A stretch of 64,000 bases of DNA from Dehalococcoidia bacterium. Lineage in GTDB: Bacteria; Chloroflexota; Dehalococcoidia; DSTF01; JACRBR01. Shown here in pieces: positions 20,631 to 30,705 of the stretch. The stretch spans positions 34,357-98,356 of the forward strand of contig JAKFYB010000005.1 in the NCBI GenBank assembly GCA_021731085.1. Reading direction: 5' to 3'. The notes under the pieces were generated by a model, which made no database searches, was not told the DNA's origin, and was given only the letters and a program-made list of their open reading frames with translations. The position numbers and the translations under genes were made by a program. Numbering within the stretch: the first letter of the stretch is position 1; each line of letters opens with the position of its first letter.

Positions 20631-21365
20631 ATGAATCAAGATGAATCCCCTGGGTGGGTCCGGTCTGATAGAGGTCTCATTCGAGAACCGTTGCCCTACA
20701 ACTTCAAGACGGTGGCGGAGGAGGAATGGTTTCGTGGCGTCTTGTCTAGCCTCGCCACCAATGTCTTGGCATTGCCGAAGGTCGAATCGTTCAGGCAAGC
20801 CCTAACCACCGATCCATCAATCGATGACATCGAGGCGCTTTGCAGGTCAGTAAACGTGCCATATGGCCGCGTCGCAGAAACGATTCACCTTGCGCTCCTG
20901 GCAGACTTGCGAGGCTACTCCGAAACTACCATTTGGACGCAGCCCGAGCAGGCCCCTGCCCGTCTTCGTGTGTCCCTGGTCGAAATACTACGCCTCGCGG
21001 CGGAGGCGATCGAAACCAATCCAGCCGTGCTGGACGTTCCTTGGCCACACATGGAGCAACGTGTCAAAGAGATTTTCAGCAACCTGAGTCTCGCAGCCCA
21101 AATCGCGACTGCCGCAGCGTTGAACATAGATAAGGGCAGGCGAAGATCTGACTTGAACAGCTCCGCGAAGCGAACTGCGAAGACTCCGAGTCCTCAACGG
21201 ATCGGTGAGACCCTCTTTCGTCTCTGGTGCGAGGGCGCATCTCGCTACTCGCTTGCGAAGGCGCTCTTTTTGGAAGGGCGGTTCCAGGACGTTGCTTCTG
21301 CCAGCAAACGCATCAAGGAATGGGAGTCGAAGGCGCAAAGGCTTCTAATCCCGTTAGGCAGTTAG
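20631..21365 (+). CDS. Hypothetical protein, possible C-terminal HTH regulator
   Basis: 244-aa ORF directly after the integrase; C-terminal EGASRYSLAKAL helix pattern. Confidence 0.55.
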   Translation: MNQDESPGWVRSDRGLIREPLPYNFKTVAEEEWFRGVLSSLATNVLALPKVESFRQALTTDPSIDDIEALCRSVNVPYGRVAETIHLALLADLRGYSETTIWTQPEQAPARLRVSLVEILRLAAEAIETNPAVLDVPWPHMEQRVKEIFSNLSLAAQIATAAALNIDKGRRRSDLNSSAKRTAKTPSPQRIGETLFRLWCEGASRYSLAKALFLEGRFQDVASASKRIKEWESKAQRLLIPLGS

Positions 21366-21422
21366 TACACACACCTTAAATGGGCCTAGTTCAACCATGG
21401 GCGAGGGTGAGAAACTCGCTGC

Positions 21423-21593
21423 ATGGACACTTCATTGCCCATTCGGTTTGCAGCACGATCGCTCGGAATAAGTCCTTGCACTGTTCGGCGCTACCTGCGC
21501 TCCGGACATCTGCGGGGTTTCCGACTCCCCTCCGGTGTTTGGCGCATCCCCGCGTCTGAAATCGAGCGCATCAAGGCGCGAGGTGGTCGCTGA
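21423..21593 (+). CDS. Excisionase-like HTH_17 protein (56 aa; below ORF-track cutoff)
   Basis: MDTSLPIRFAARSLGISPCTVRRYLRSGHLRGFRLPSGVWRIPASEIERIKARGGR; TGATG overlap with the next ORF. Confidence 0.85.
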   Translation: MDTSLPIRFAARSLGISPCTVRRYLRSGHLRGFRLPSGVWRIPASEIERIKARGGR

Positions 21594-21913
21594 TGGTCCG
21601 CGCCTCCACCCCCGAACGCGAGCACATCGCAAACCTCCGACGCCGAGCAGCAATGCTCCGACGCCACGCTGAGGCAATAGGCCCAGATGGCCGATCCACG
21701 CTCGCTGTAGAAGCTGGCCGGCGTGGCGGTCAACGAACGGTGGAGCGCCATGGCCCCGGCGCCGCATGGTCGCTTGCCCTGAATTTGCGTCGCTGGCACG
21801 ACATTGATGTGCCATGGAAAAGCGTAGAGACAGAAAGTGCGAACAGCCCGGCGGACACCGGGCTGGCGCGGAAGGAGGTCCGACGTGCTAGATCACGCCG
21901 AACAGCAGCATGA
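21593..21913 (+). CDS. Hypothetical protein
   Basis: Coupled to the xis-like gene; contains AGRRGGQRTVERHG (KGG-like motif). Confidence 0.55.
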   Translation: MVRASTPEREHIANLRRRAAMLRRHAEAIGPDGRSTLAVEAGRRGGQRTVERHGPGAAWSLALNLRRWHDIDVPWKSVETESANSPADTGLARKEVRRARSRRTAA

Positions 21914-21986
21914 TATCCAACTGCCGCGTCTCGCCGATTTCCTCGTAGGGCACGCACTACAGCGCGGACTTGCGAGGGCGGCATGA
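21885..21986 (+). CDS. Putative 33-aa peptide coupled to the primase-helicase
   Basis: AAGGAGG RBS, GTG start, MLDHAEQQHDIQLPRLADFLVGHALQRGLARAA; ATGA overlap with 21983. Confidence 0.45.
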   Translation: MLDHAEQQHDIQLPRLADFLVGHALQRGLARAA

Positions 21987-24172
21987 CATTCGACTACATC
22001 GATACGGCCAAAGGCGGAGCCAATCGCCGCAACAACGTGATGCGCATCGCCGACTTCCACCCAGATGGCGGGACGGACGTATACCGGACCTACTTGCGGT
22101 TCACCGAAGAACTGAAAACCTACACGACGACGAACCTCAATGGCAGGGGCAAGCCGTCCGTCGCGAAGTACCCCGGCCCCGGTCTTGCCGACTTCGTGCC
22201 GCTCGACTTCGACAGCGAAGAGAATCTCGCGCTCGCACTCGAAGACGTGCGGCGCTTTGTCGAACACCTCGACACACTCGAAGTGGACCGGCGCAGCGTG
22301 AGGTTCTACTTCAGCGGAATGAAGGGCTTTGCTGGGGAAATGCCCGCGAACCTCTTTGGCGGGTTCCAGCCGAGCACCGACATCACAAAACGTATGCGCG
22401 TACTTATCGAACGGCTGACGGCCAACCTCGGACTATCGACGCTCGACACGGCCATCTACGAACCAATGCGGCTCTGGCGCGTTCCTAACACAAGGCACGG
22501 CAAGAGCGGACTCTACAAGATCCCGCTGACGGCGGATGAGGCGATGACCCTCGACATTGAGGAGATCCGCGCACTGGCGAAGATGCCGCGCATGATCGAG
22601 ACGATGCCCGAAGGCGAGTTCGGCGCTAACTTCGACCTGCGCCAGCTCTGGGCCGCGACAAAGGGTGCTGAACCTGCGCCGACGACGGGAACAACCGATC
22701 CCGACGCGCCGATCACTTCCGGCAGCCGTCACCCGCATCTCCTCAGCGTCGCTGGTGCGATGCGTAGGCAAGGCTGCGACGAAGGCGAGATCCTTGACGC
22801 GCTACGGTCCGTGAACGCACGCCGCTGCGATCCACCGAAAGAAGACGCCGACCTCGTCACCTTGGCGCATGACGTCGTTGGTCGCTATCAGGAAGAACCG
22901 CAGGCGTACGTCATTCACGACGTTAAGAGGACCAGCTCCGTTGGTGGAGAAGATGATCGTCTTAGCGGTCCGGTGCTAGTGAACATGGCCGACGTGCAAC
23001 GCGAGGAGGTGAGCTGGCTGTGGCGGTGGCGCATCCCATTCGGCAAACTCACACTCCTCGAAGGCGATCCCGGCCTTGGCAAGTCATGGCTGACGATGGC
23101 GCTTGCTACGTCGGTCACGCTCGGCTCCCACCCAGGCCTGCGGCTACCCGACGACTACAGCAACAGCGACCCGCGAAGCGTGCTGGTGATGACGGCGGAG
23201 GACGGCCTAGGCGATACCGTTCGGCCACGCCTCGAAGATATGGGTGCAGACCTAACGCGCGTCCAGGTGCTCACCGCAGTGATCAATGAGCAGGGCCGAG
23301 AGACGTTTCCATCGCTCGCACGCGATCTCTGGCAGCTCGAATCTGCCTTGAGTGGAGGAGATTATGCGCTCATCATCATCGATCCGATCAACGCATACCT
23401 TGGCGGTGTTGATGGGCACCAGGATGTTGACATCCGATCCGTTCTGGGACCGCTGGCGAAACTCGCCGAAAAGTACGGCGTAGCTATTCTCTGCCTTCGG
23501 CATATCACCAAGGGTGGACGCGACAAGAGCATCTATCGAGGCCTCGGCAGCATCGGTTACACCGCAGCCGCGCGATCTGTGCTGCTGGTCGGAGTCGATC
23601 CGGACGATGAGAACCTCCGTGTCGTCGTCTGTCACAAACACAACTTGGCGCCCGACTCTCCCGGCATCGCATTCGAGATCCAGAACGGCCAATTTTTCTG
23701 GCGCGGCGAGTCCAGCGTCACGGCCGACGCGATGTTGGCGCCGACTTCGACAGAGGATCGAAGTGTGCGCGAGGAAGCCGCTGACTTTCTGCGCGAGCTA
23801 CTCGCGGACGGCCCGAGAAGGACGGAAGATGTGCAGCGCGAAGCGAAACGGATTGGAATCTCAGCCAGCACCCTCAAGCGCGCGCGGCACGACCTAAACA
23901 TTCGCAGCGAGCGCGTCGGCGGACTCGGTGCAGCTGGGTGGTGGGAAATGCGGTTACCGTACGGCCTCACTAAGAGGACCAACGTTCCCAATGACGGGCA
24001 CGAGAGCGCATTAGCAGCGGTTGAAGCCACCGAACCGAATTCCTCCGCACCACCTGACCCACTTAGCTCATCATCTCTGGCAGCGGCGCGCTTCGGTGAG
24101 TCGGCGATGGGTAGTCCTGCCTTGGAGGCCTACGCTTCGACGCCGCCTCGCTCCGCCGAATCACGCCACTAA
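21983..24172 (+). CDS. AEP-type primase + PriCT-like + AAA_25/RepA-type helicase fusion
   Basis: PLDFD, FSGMKGF, RLWRVPNT; SGSRHPHLLSVAGAMRR; Walker A GDPGLGKS, Walker B IIIDP. Confidence 0.85.
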   Translation: MTFDYIDTAKGGANRRNNVMRIADFHPDGGTDVYRTYLRFTEELKTYTTTNLNGRGKPSVAKYPGPGLADFVPLDFDSEENLALALEDVRRFVEHLDTLEVDRRSVRFYFSGMKGFAGEMPANLFGGFQPSTDITKRMRVLIERLTANLGLSTLDTAIYEPMRLWRVPNTRHGKSGLYKIPLTADEAMTLDIEEIRALAKMPRMIETMPEGEFGANFDLRQLWAATKGAEPAPTTGTTDPDAPITSGSRHPHLLSVAGAMRRQGCDEGEILDALRSVNARRCDPPKEDADLVTLAHDVVGRYQEEPQAYVIHDVKRTSSVGGEDDRLSGPVLVNMADVQREEVSWLWRWRIPFGKLTLLEGDPGLGKSWLTMALATSVTLGSHPGLRLPDDYSNSDPRSVLVMTAEDGLGDTVRPRLEDMGADLTRVQVLTAVINEQGRETFPSLARDLWQLESALSGGDYALIIIDPINAYLGGVDGHQDVDIRSVLGPLAKLAEKYGVAILCLRHITKGGRDKSIYRGLGSIGYTAAARSVLLVGVDPDDENLRVVVCHKHNLAPDSPGIAFEIQNGQFFWRGESSVTADAMLAPTSTEDRSVREEAADFLRELLADGPRRTEDVQREAKRIGISASTLKRARHDLNIRSERVGGLGAAGWWEMRLPYGLTKRTNVPNDGHESALAAVEATEPNSSAPPDPLSSSSLAAARFGESAMGSPALEAYASTPPRSAESRH

Positions 24173-24236
24173 CCGCCATCGGCAGTCCCAATTTACGAGG
24201 CTTCCAAGCACTCGCTCGCTAACGTAGAATCCCCAC

Positions 24237-24944
24237 ATGGCCAAGCAGCCCGGTCTCGGCGACCCGCTATTCGGCACTCCCATGGCGGGTGCGCTCGTCA
24301 AGTCGAAGCAGCGCGTCGCCGACCACGGCGAGGTGTTCACACCCCCATGGATGGTCGCGGCGATGCTCGACCTCGTGAAGGACGAAAGCGAACGCATCGA
24401 CTCGCGCTTTCTCGAACCCGCATGCGGCAGTGGAAACTTCCTCGTCCCCGTCCTGCATCGAAAGCTCGCTGCTGTGGAGGCCAAATTCAGCAAGGCCGAC
24501 TTTGAGCGGCGGCAATACGCATTACTCGCCGTCATGTGCATCTACGGCATCGAACTTCTTCCAGACAACGTCGCCGAGTGCAGGACTAATCTGCTCGACA
24601 CGCTAAAGGATTATCTGGATCTGGACGACGCAGACGATCTCTACCGAGCAGCCTCCTTCGTCTTGTCACGAAACATCGTTCACGGCAATGCACTGAGCAT
24701 CCGCACCGACACTGGCGAGCCAATCACGTTCGCCGAATGGGGATATCTGGGTAAGGGCAAGTTCCAGCGGCGCGACTTTCTGCTGGACAACCTCACAGAG
24801 AGTTCCGCTTGGAGCAAAGAGGGCGACATGTTCGCCGCACTCGGCAAGCACGAAATCTTCACACCGGTCAAGACGTATCCGCCTATGACTGTAGCTGAGC
24901 TAGCGTTCTTGGCGGTCTACAGCGTCCATAAGGAAGCCGTATGA
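24237..24944 (+). CDS. Short DNA methyltransferase-like subunit (SAM-binding half only)
   Basis: GEVFTP, FLEPACGSGNFL, IYGIEL; no NPPY/DPPY motif. Confidence 0.85.
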   Translation: MAKQPGLGDPLFGTPMAGALVKSKQRVADHGEVFTPPWMVAAMLDLVKDESERIDSRFLEPACGSGNFLVPVLHRKLAAVEAKFSKADFERRQYALLAVMCIYGIELLPDNVAECRTNLLDTLKDYLDLDDADDLYRAASFVLSRNIVHGNALSIRTDTGEPITFAEWGYLGKGKFQRRDFLLDNLTESSAWSKEGDMFAALGKHEIFTPVKTYPPMTVAELAFLAVYSVHKEAV

Positions 24945-26554
24945 CCACGCAGCCTGGGTTCACGATCCGGGGTCGCAATCCGGATGTGCTGACGTGCATC
25001 GCAAACCTCTCCAACGATGAAGTCTTCACACCGCCTGAGTTCGCGAACCGCATGCTGGATGCTATCGCGGACGCTTGGGCGGCGGACTCCGGTGGCGCCA
25101 ACATCTGGGCCGATCCAAAGGTCAGATTTCTAGATCCATTCACGAAGTCCGGCGTGTTTCTCCGCGAGATCACAAGCCGTCTCACTTCAGGTTTGGCGGA
25201 CGCGATTCCGGACCTCCAGGACAGGGTGGAACACATCGTAACCAAGCAGGTATTCGGTATTGCCATCACGTATAAGACGAGCCTGCTTGCCCGGCGGAGC
25301 GTCTACTGCTCGAAACACGCAAAGGGGAAGCACTCGATTGCCAAGAGCTTCGCTACCGACAGCGGGAACATATGGTTCGAGCGGACCGAGCACACTCGGG
25401 TGAGCAACAAGTGCAGCTATTGCGGTGCCAGCAAGGAGATGTTGGATCGCCCAGACGAGCTGGAAACGCACGCATATGCATTCATCCACACCAACGACAT
25501 CAAGGCGCGAGTCGCTGAGTTATTTGGAGGCACCATGCAGTTCGACGTCATCATTGGAAACCCGCCGTACCAACTGGACGACGGAGGCTATGGCACGAGC
25601 GCAGCGCCCATTTATCAGCTCTTCGTGCAACAAGCCAAGGCACTGGAACCGCGCTATTTGTCAATGGTCATCCCTGCCCGTTGGTTCGCAGGCGGCAAGG
25701 GGCTGGATGAATTCCGAGAGTCGATGCTTACAGACGATCGACTGCGCTCAATTGACGACTACTTGAGCGCATCGGATGTGTTTCCGGGCGTCGGCCTCAA
25801 GGGTGGCGTCTGCTATTTTCTCTGGGACCGGAACAATCCCGGACCGTGTCGAGTTAGCACGCACTTCAAAGACTGGCCTGTCTCGACAACGACTCGCCCG
25901 CTTCTTGAAGGCGGAGCGGACGTGTTCATCCGGTTCAATGAAGGGTTATCGATCCTCAAGAAGGTCGTTGAGTTCGAGACGGGGGACACAGCCTCGGTCC
26001 TCTTGCCCCAAACCAAGCGTTTCGACCAGCTGGTTAGCTCTCGGAAGCCCTTTGGACTGGAGACAACATTCAAGGGCAAGGCGTCCAAAGGCACCGGTGA
26101 CTTACTTGTTTATCAGAATGGCGGCACAGGTTACGTCGCAAAGACTTCAATTTCCTCGGGCGGTCAATTCATCGACAAATGGAAGGTGTACGTGGGTCGA
26201 GCGGCTCCGGGGACTGGCAATAGGGACACGTACCCGCACAAGATCATCAGTACGCCGTTCGTTGGAGAGCCAGGCACCATCTGCGCTGAGACATATCTCT
26301 GTATAGGCCCGTTTGACTCGAAGAGTCAGGCTGACAGCGTCCTGTCTTATCTCTCTTGTCGGTTGACGCGCCTGTTGATTCTGCTACACAAGCCTTCACA
26401 AGACACGACCCGTAAGGTGTACACGTTCGTTCCAACACAAGCATGGACGAAGTTGTGGACCGACGAGGATCTGTATACCAAGTACGGCCTTTCCGGGGAT
26501 GAGATCGCTTTCATCGAGAAAGTAGTTCGTCCTATGGGCGAGGCTGATGAATAA
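24941..26554 (+). CDS. Eco57I-like N6-adenine DNA methyltransferase with C-terminal target-recognition region
   Basis: DEVFTPP, FLDPFTKSGVFL, FDVIIGNPPY, IPARW. Confidence 0.9.
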   Translation: MTTQPGFTIRGRNPDVLTCIANLSNDEVFTPPEFANRMLDAIADAWAADSGGANIWADPKVRFLDPFTKSGVFLREITSRLTSGLADAIPDLQDRVEHIVTKQVFGIAITYKTSLLARRSVYCSKHAKGKHSIAKSFATDSGNIWFERTEHTRVSNKCSYCGASKEMLDRPDELETHAYAFIHTNDIKARVAELFGGTMQFDVIIGNPPYQLDDGGYGTSAAPIYQLFVQQAKALEPRYLSMVIPARWFAGGKGLDEFRESMLTDDRLRSIDDYLSASDVFPGVGLKGGVCYFLWDRNNPGPCRVSTHFKDWPVSTTTRPLLEGGADVFIRFNEGLSILKKVVEFETGDTASVLLPQTKRFDQLVSSRKPFGLETTFKGKASKGTGDLLVYQNGGTGYVAKTSISSGGQFIDKWKVYVGRAAPGTGNRDTYPHKIISTPFVGEPGTICAETYLCIGPFDSKSQADSVLSYLSCRLTRLLILLHKPSQDTTRKVYTFVPTQAWTKLWTDEDLYTKYGLSGDEIAFIEKVVRPMGEADE

Positions 26555-29081
26555 GACCGTCGAGGAAATCCTCGCGCCCAAGCCGGAGGCCCAGCCACGC
26601 ATCTATGCGTATTCAATCGACGACGAACCACACAAGGGTCTTCTTAAAATCGGGCAAACGACGCGCAATGTGAAGCAGCGCGTCGCCGAACAACTCAAGA
26701 CAGCCGCAATCAAGAACTTCACCATCGAGTTGGACGAGTCCGCCGTGCGCGATGACGGCGCGCCGATCACCGATCACGCCGTTCGGTCGGCTCTCATCAA
26801 GAGAGGTTTCGCGAACGACGATGGGGAGTGGGTTAAGTGCACGATCAAGGACGTTCGCGCGGTCCTAATCGAGCTGCGCACAGGGCAGCGGTTCAGCGGA
26901 ACTCACGACCAGAACTTCAAGATGCGTCGAGAGCAGGCAGAGGCCGTTGCCCGGACCCATGCGTATTTCCATTCCATCTGGAATGAGGACATGCACGCAG
27001 TCCCTCGGTTCCTCTGGAACGCCAAGATGCGATTCGGCAAGACGTTCGCCGCTTACCAATTGGCGAAGAAACTCGGAGCTAAACGGATACTCGTGGTGAC
27101 CTTCAAGCCAGCCGTCGCGGACGCATGGCAAACAGACCTTGAGTCACACATCGATTTCGATGGTTGGCAGTATCTGTCGCTTCTTTCTGGTGCCGATCCC
27201 AGCAAGTTCGGACGCAAGACACCGGTCGTCTGTTTCGGCTCCTTCCAAGATCTTCTCAGCAAGGAGAAACATGGGATCAAGGCGAAGAACAAGTGGGTGC
27301 ATGAACTGAACTGGGACCTCGTTGTGTTCGATGAGTACCACTTTGGAGCCTGGCGTGAGTCCGCGAGAGAACTCTTCGAGGGCGAGGAGGAGGCAGTTAC
27401 CAGAACTGAAGCCCTTTTGGAGGATGCGAAGCACCTGAACGAGAAGGTTGCCGATCTGCAGGAAACCTTGGAGAAAGAAGGCGATTTTCTTCCCATCACC
27501 ACCAAGGCGTACCTATACCTCTCGGGCACGCCCTTCAGGGCGCTGCAAACGGGGGAGTTTATTGAAGATGCAATCTTCAACTGGACATACACCGACGAGC
27601 AACGCGCCAAGGAAGAGTTCGCGAAAAACAATCCGGGTCAATGGAATCCGTATGGCGCGCTTCCTCAAATGTCGCTGCTTACCTACCAGATGCCAGAGGA
27701 GCTAGTCGGAGTTGCGAGCACAGGAGAGTTCGACGAGTTCGACCTCAACGAGTTCTTCGCCGCATCAGGCGTGGGCGAGGGCGCGAAGTTCAAGCACAAG
27801 AGCGACGTGGAGAAGTGGCTGAACATCATACGAGGCTCGTACGTGCCGCACGCGGTTGAACATCTTAAGGCGGGAGCGCGACCGCCATTTCCATACTCAG
27901 ACCCTGACCTACTGCCGTATCTCCAACATTCATTCTGGTTTCTCCCGAATGTCGCGGCGTGTTTTGCGATGAGGAACCTCCTCTCCGAAAAACACAATAC
28001 GTTCTGGCGCGACTACAACGTGCACGTCGCAGCCGGTACGTCGGCGGGAACCGGGTTAGGTGCCTTGCCTCCGGTGCGCAAGGCCATCGGCACAGGCTTT
28101 GACTCGAAGACGATCACCCTATCGTGCGGGAAGCTCACGACAGGGGTAACTGTGCCGCAATGGTCATCCATCCTGATGCTGCGCAACCTCAAGTCGCCTG
28201 AGACCTACTTTCAGGCGGCATTCCGTGTGCAATCGCCGTGGTCTATGAAGAACCCCAATGGCGACGATCCGAACGAGGAGGAGATATTCAAACCCGTCTG
28301 CTTGGTATTCGACTTTGCGCTGACACGTGCCTTGAGACAGATCTCTGAGTACGGCGTCGGGCTGTCGCCAAACGAGCCAAGCCCAGATAAGGCACTCAAG
28401 GAGCTGCTGTCCTATCTCCCCGTGCTTGCGTATGACGGCGCGAGCATGATCCAAATCGATGCAGGTGGGATTCTCGATGGCGCCCAGACGGGAACCGCAG
28501 CGACGCTCTTGGCTCGCAAGTGGCAGTCTGCGCAGCTCGTGAACGTAGATGACGCCACTCTACGCCGGGTCTTGGACAACCCTGCGGCTCTCGCCGCCGT
28601 CGAACGGATCGAGGGCTTTCGCGCGCTCGGCGACAACATCATCGAGATGATCATCAGCAAGAATGAGAAGGTCAAAGAGCTGAAGAAGAAAGCCAAGGAC
28701 GGCGATCTGACAACGAAGGACAAGAAGCAACTCACCGACGACGAGAAGGAATGCAAGTCCAAGCGCAAGCTCGTCCAGGAGAAGCTGATCAAGTTTGCCA
28801 CGCTCATTCCCGCGTTCATGTATCTGACGGACTTTCGCGAACACACGCTGCAAGATGTGATCACCAAAATCGAGCCGGAATTGTTCCAGACGGTGACGGG
28901 ACTGACCGTGAAGGACTTCGACCTGCTCGTCAGCTTGCAGGTGTTCAATACCCTCCAGATGAACCAGGCTATCCGCGCCTTCCGTCGCTACGAAGACGCC
29001 TCACTGCGCTACACAGGCATCGACAGCCATGAGGACCTAACCCACTACGGCCTATACGACACCGTGGTGGCGAAGGACTGA
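26547..29081 (+). CDS. Restriction-associated nuclease-helicase (GIY-YIG/T5orf172-like N-terminus + SF2 ResIII-like helicase)
   Basis: IYAY...LLKIGQT; AKMRFGKT; DEYH; LSGTP; QAAFRVQ. Confidence 0.88.
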   Translation: MNKTVEEILAPKPEAQPRIYAYSIDDEPHKGLLKIGQTTRNVKQRVAEQLKTAAIKNFTIELDESAVRDDGAPITDHAVRSALIKRGFANDDGEWVKCTIKDVRAVLIELRTGQRFSGTHDQNFKMRREQAEAVARTHAYFHSIWNEDMHAVPRFLWNAKMRFGKTFAAYQLAKKLGAKRILVVTFKPAVADAWQTDLESHIDFDGWQYLSLLSGADPSKFGRKTPVVCFGSFQDLLSKEKHGIKAKNKWVHELNWDLVVFDEYHFGAWRESARELFEGEEEAVTRTEALLEDAKHLNEKVADLQETLEKEGDFLPITTKAYLYLSGTPFRALQTGEFIEDAIFNWTYTDEQRAKEEFAKNNPGQWNPYGALPQMSLLTYQMPEELVGVASTGEFDEFDLNEFFAASGVGEGAKFKHKSDVEKWLNIIRGSYVPHAVEHLKAGARPPFPYSDPDLLPYLQHSFWFLPNVAACFAMRNLLSEKHNTFWRDYNVHVAAGTSAGTGLGALPPVRKAIGTGFDSKTITLSCGKLTTGVTVPQWSSILMLRNLKSPETYFQAAFRVQSPWSMKNPNGDDPNEEEIFKPVCLVFDFALTRALRQISEYGVGLSPNEPSPDKALKELLSYLPVLAYDGASMIQIDAGGILDGAQTGTAATLLARKWQSAQLVNVDDATLRRVLDNPAALAAVERIEGFRALGDNIIEMIISKNEKVKELKKKAKDGDLTTKDKKQLTDDEKECKSKRKLVQEKLIKFATLIPAFMYLTDFREHTLQDVITKIEPELFQTVTGLTVKDFDLLVSLQVFNTLQMNQAIRAFRRYEDASLRYTGIDSHEDLTHYGLYDTVVAKD

Positions 29082-29242
29082 GGAAGCCTTCCTGAGGCAC
29101 GTACAACACCAACCCAGGCTCGCGACATCTCCACGGACTGACTCTTGCGCCTCTGACGGCGAGCGGGATGCCGACCCTTTAGCTCGCGCGAGACCGCGTG
29201 ATAGACTCTCGATCCGCTGGCAGGCGATCGACTGTTACGACC

Positions 29243-29530
29243 ATGCCCAGCGAAGTACGCCACCATCTCAACGATTACCGCCAACAGTACCGACAAGCCG
29301 CTGCCGCTGGATCGTGGGACTCAGCGAAGACGGCGGCAATCTTGTTGCGCCGATACGCCTGTGACACCGATGCGCAGTACGCCGAAGCACTCTACGCCGA
29401 AGGCTACGCCCGTGAGCGCCTGGGCGACCTCAGACTGGCCGCAGCCTGCTACCAGCTGGCGGTCGTCTTGACAGGACACGGGAAGGCTCATCGGAGGCGA
29501 CTCTTGTGCGAGTCATCGCAGCTATCGTAA
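29243..29530 (+). CDS. Small TPR-like protein
   Basis: AEALYAEGYARERLGDLRLAAACYQLA. Confidence 0.55.
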   Translation: MPSEVRHHLNDYRQQYRQAAAAGSWDSAKTAAILLRRYACDTDAQYAEALYAEGYARERLGDLRLAAACYQLAVVLTGHGKAHRRRLLCESSQLS

Positions 29531-29572
29531 GGTTCGGCACGGCGACACTACGCACAGGACTCGGGGAGGCTC

Positions 29573-30379
29573 ATGATGCTCAAGAAGACTGGCATCGCGC
29601 TCGCGCTGGGAATGGCGGCGACCCTGCTCGCGTCCGCATTCTCATCTACGGCGTCGGCAAAACAAGTAATCGTCCAAAACCTGGAACGCTCCACTGATTC
29701 CCTCACCATCGAAATCAGGCGCCCCGAATTGCGGTGCGATGGCGTTGATTCGTCGCTCGTGATCCTCACGCGGCGGCATCAAGATGGGAGTATTGCGGCG
29801 GGCGCCTCGATATCGATTTACATGTCGCCCGGCTCATACTCGGTCGCCAAGGGACCGGGTGACTCCTCTGGCCAGTATCAGTTCGATGAAAAGGGTGAGC
29901 TTCGACTTCGCGTCTACCCAACGGACACTGGGCACGGCTACTGGGTAATCCAGTTCGCTACCGCTCTCGGGCAGCGAAGCGGATTCCATTACCTTTCTTG
30001 TCCCTTTACCGACGACAGAACCTACACGGTCTCCGGCGAAGTCTGGAACGACCGCGACTCGGATGGTCAGCGCGACGTCCGGGAGCGGAATCTTTCAGGG
30101 TTCGGTATCAAGGTTCGGTGCGCGATTTGCTTCTACTTCGGAGGTGTTCCCTGGCATTTTCAAAGGACTGATGCATTGGGGCGATACGAGTGGACAGGGT
30201 TGGTCCAGGGCGGTGCGGGTAGCTATGGACGATGGGAGTTGTGCCTTGACGACAAGTACGCAGCACGATGGTCTATCGTCTCGGTGAACGGATCTCCAAC
30301 GGCATCCAACGCCTGCGTTGAATTTCACACCGTCGATCCCGGCAATCAGACCTTTTCGCTCGGCGTCGCCAGACGTTAG
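29573..30379 (+). CDS. Secreted protein with C-terminal SdrD-B-like domain
   Basis: Signal peptide; VSGEVWNDRDSDGQRD...RTDALGRYEW. Confidence 0.7.
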   Translation: MMLKKTGIALALGMAATLLASAFSSTASAKQVIVQNLERSTDSLTIEIRRPELRCDGVDSSLVILTRRHQDGSIAAGASISIYMSPGSYSVAKGPGDSSGQYQFDEKGELRLRVYPTDTGHGYWVIQFATALGQRSGFHYLSCPFTDDRTYTVSGEVWNDRDSDGQRDVRERNLSGFGIKVRCAICFYFGGVPWHFQRTDALGRYEWTGLVQGGAGSYGRWELCLDDKYAARWSIVSVNGSPTASNACVEFHTVDPGNQTFSLGVARR

Positions 30380-30438
30380 GCGTAGAGCGTCGTCGCTCAG
30401 TGCGGTCGCAACCCCGCGTTGGTCAGGAAGGCGCACCC

Positions 30439-30549
30439 ATGACCAGGCCGATAGTCTTAGGAGTAGCGGCGATCCTGTTGTTCGCGCTCGGCATCATCGC
30501 CGCGAACACGCGCATCGCTCAGGGCGTGATCCCCGTCACGTCAATTTGA
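30439..30549 (+). CDS. 36-aa hydrophobic peptide or truncated secreted-protein remnant
   Basis: AGGAAGG RBS; MTRPIVLGVAAILLFALGIIAANTRIAQGVIPVTSI. Confidence 0.45.
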   Translation: MTRPIVLGVAAILLFALGIIAANTRIAQGVIPVTSI

Positions 30550-30705
30550 CAAGCACCGAGATTCGGAGTCGCCGCAATCGTCATGACTGTTTCAAACCTG
30601 TGAGCAGCTCATATCGATCATTGTAATGCTCAATTATTTGTGCTTAAACTTGACTCGATAGCCCTTGACTCATCAGGTGATGTAGTCGATTATCCCAGTG
30701 TTCTT

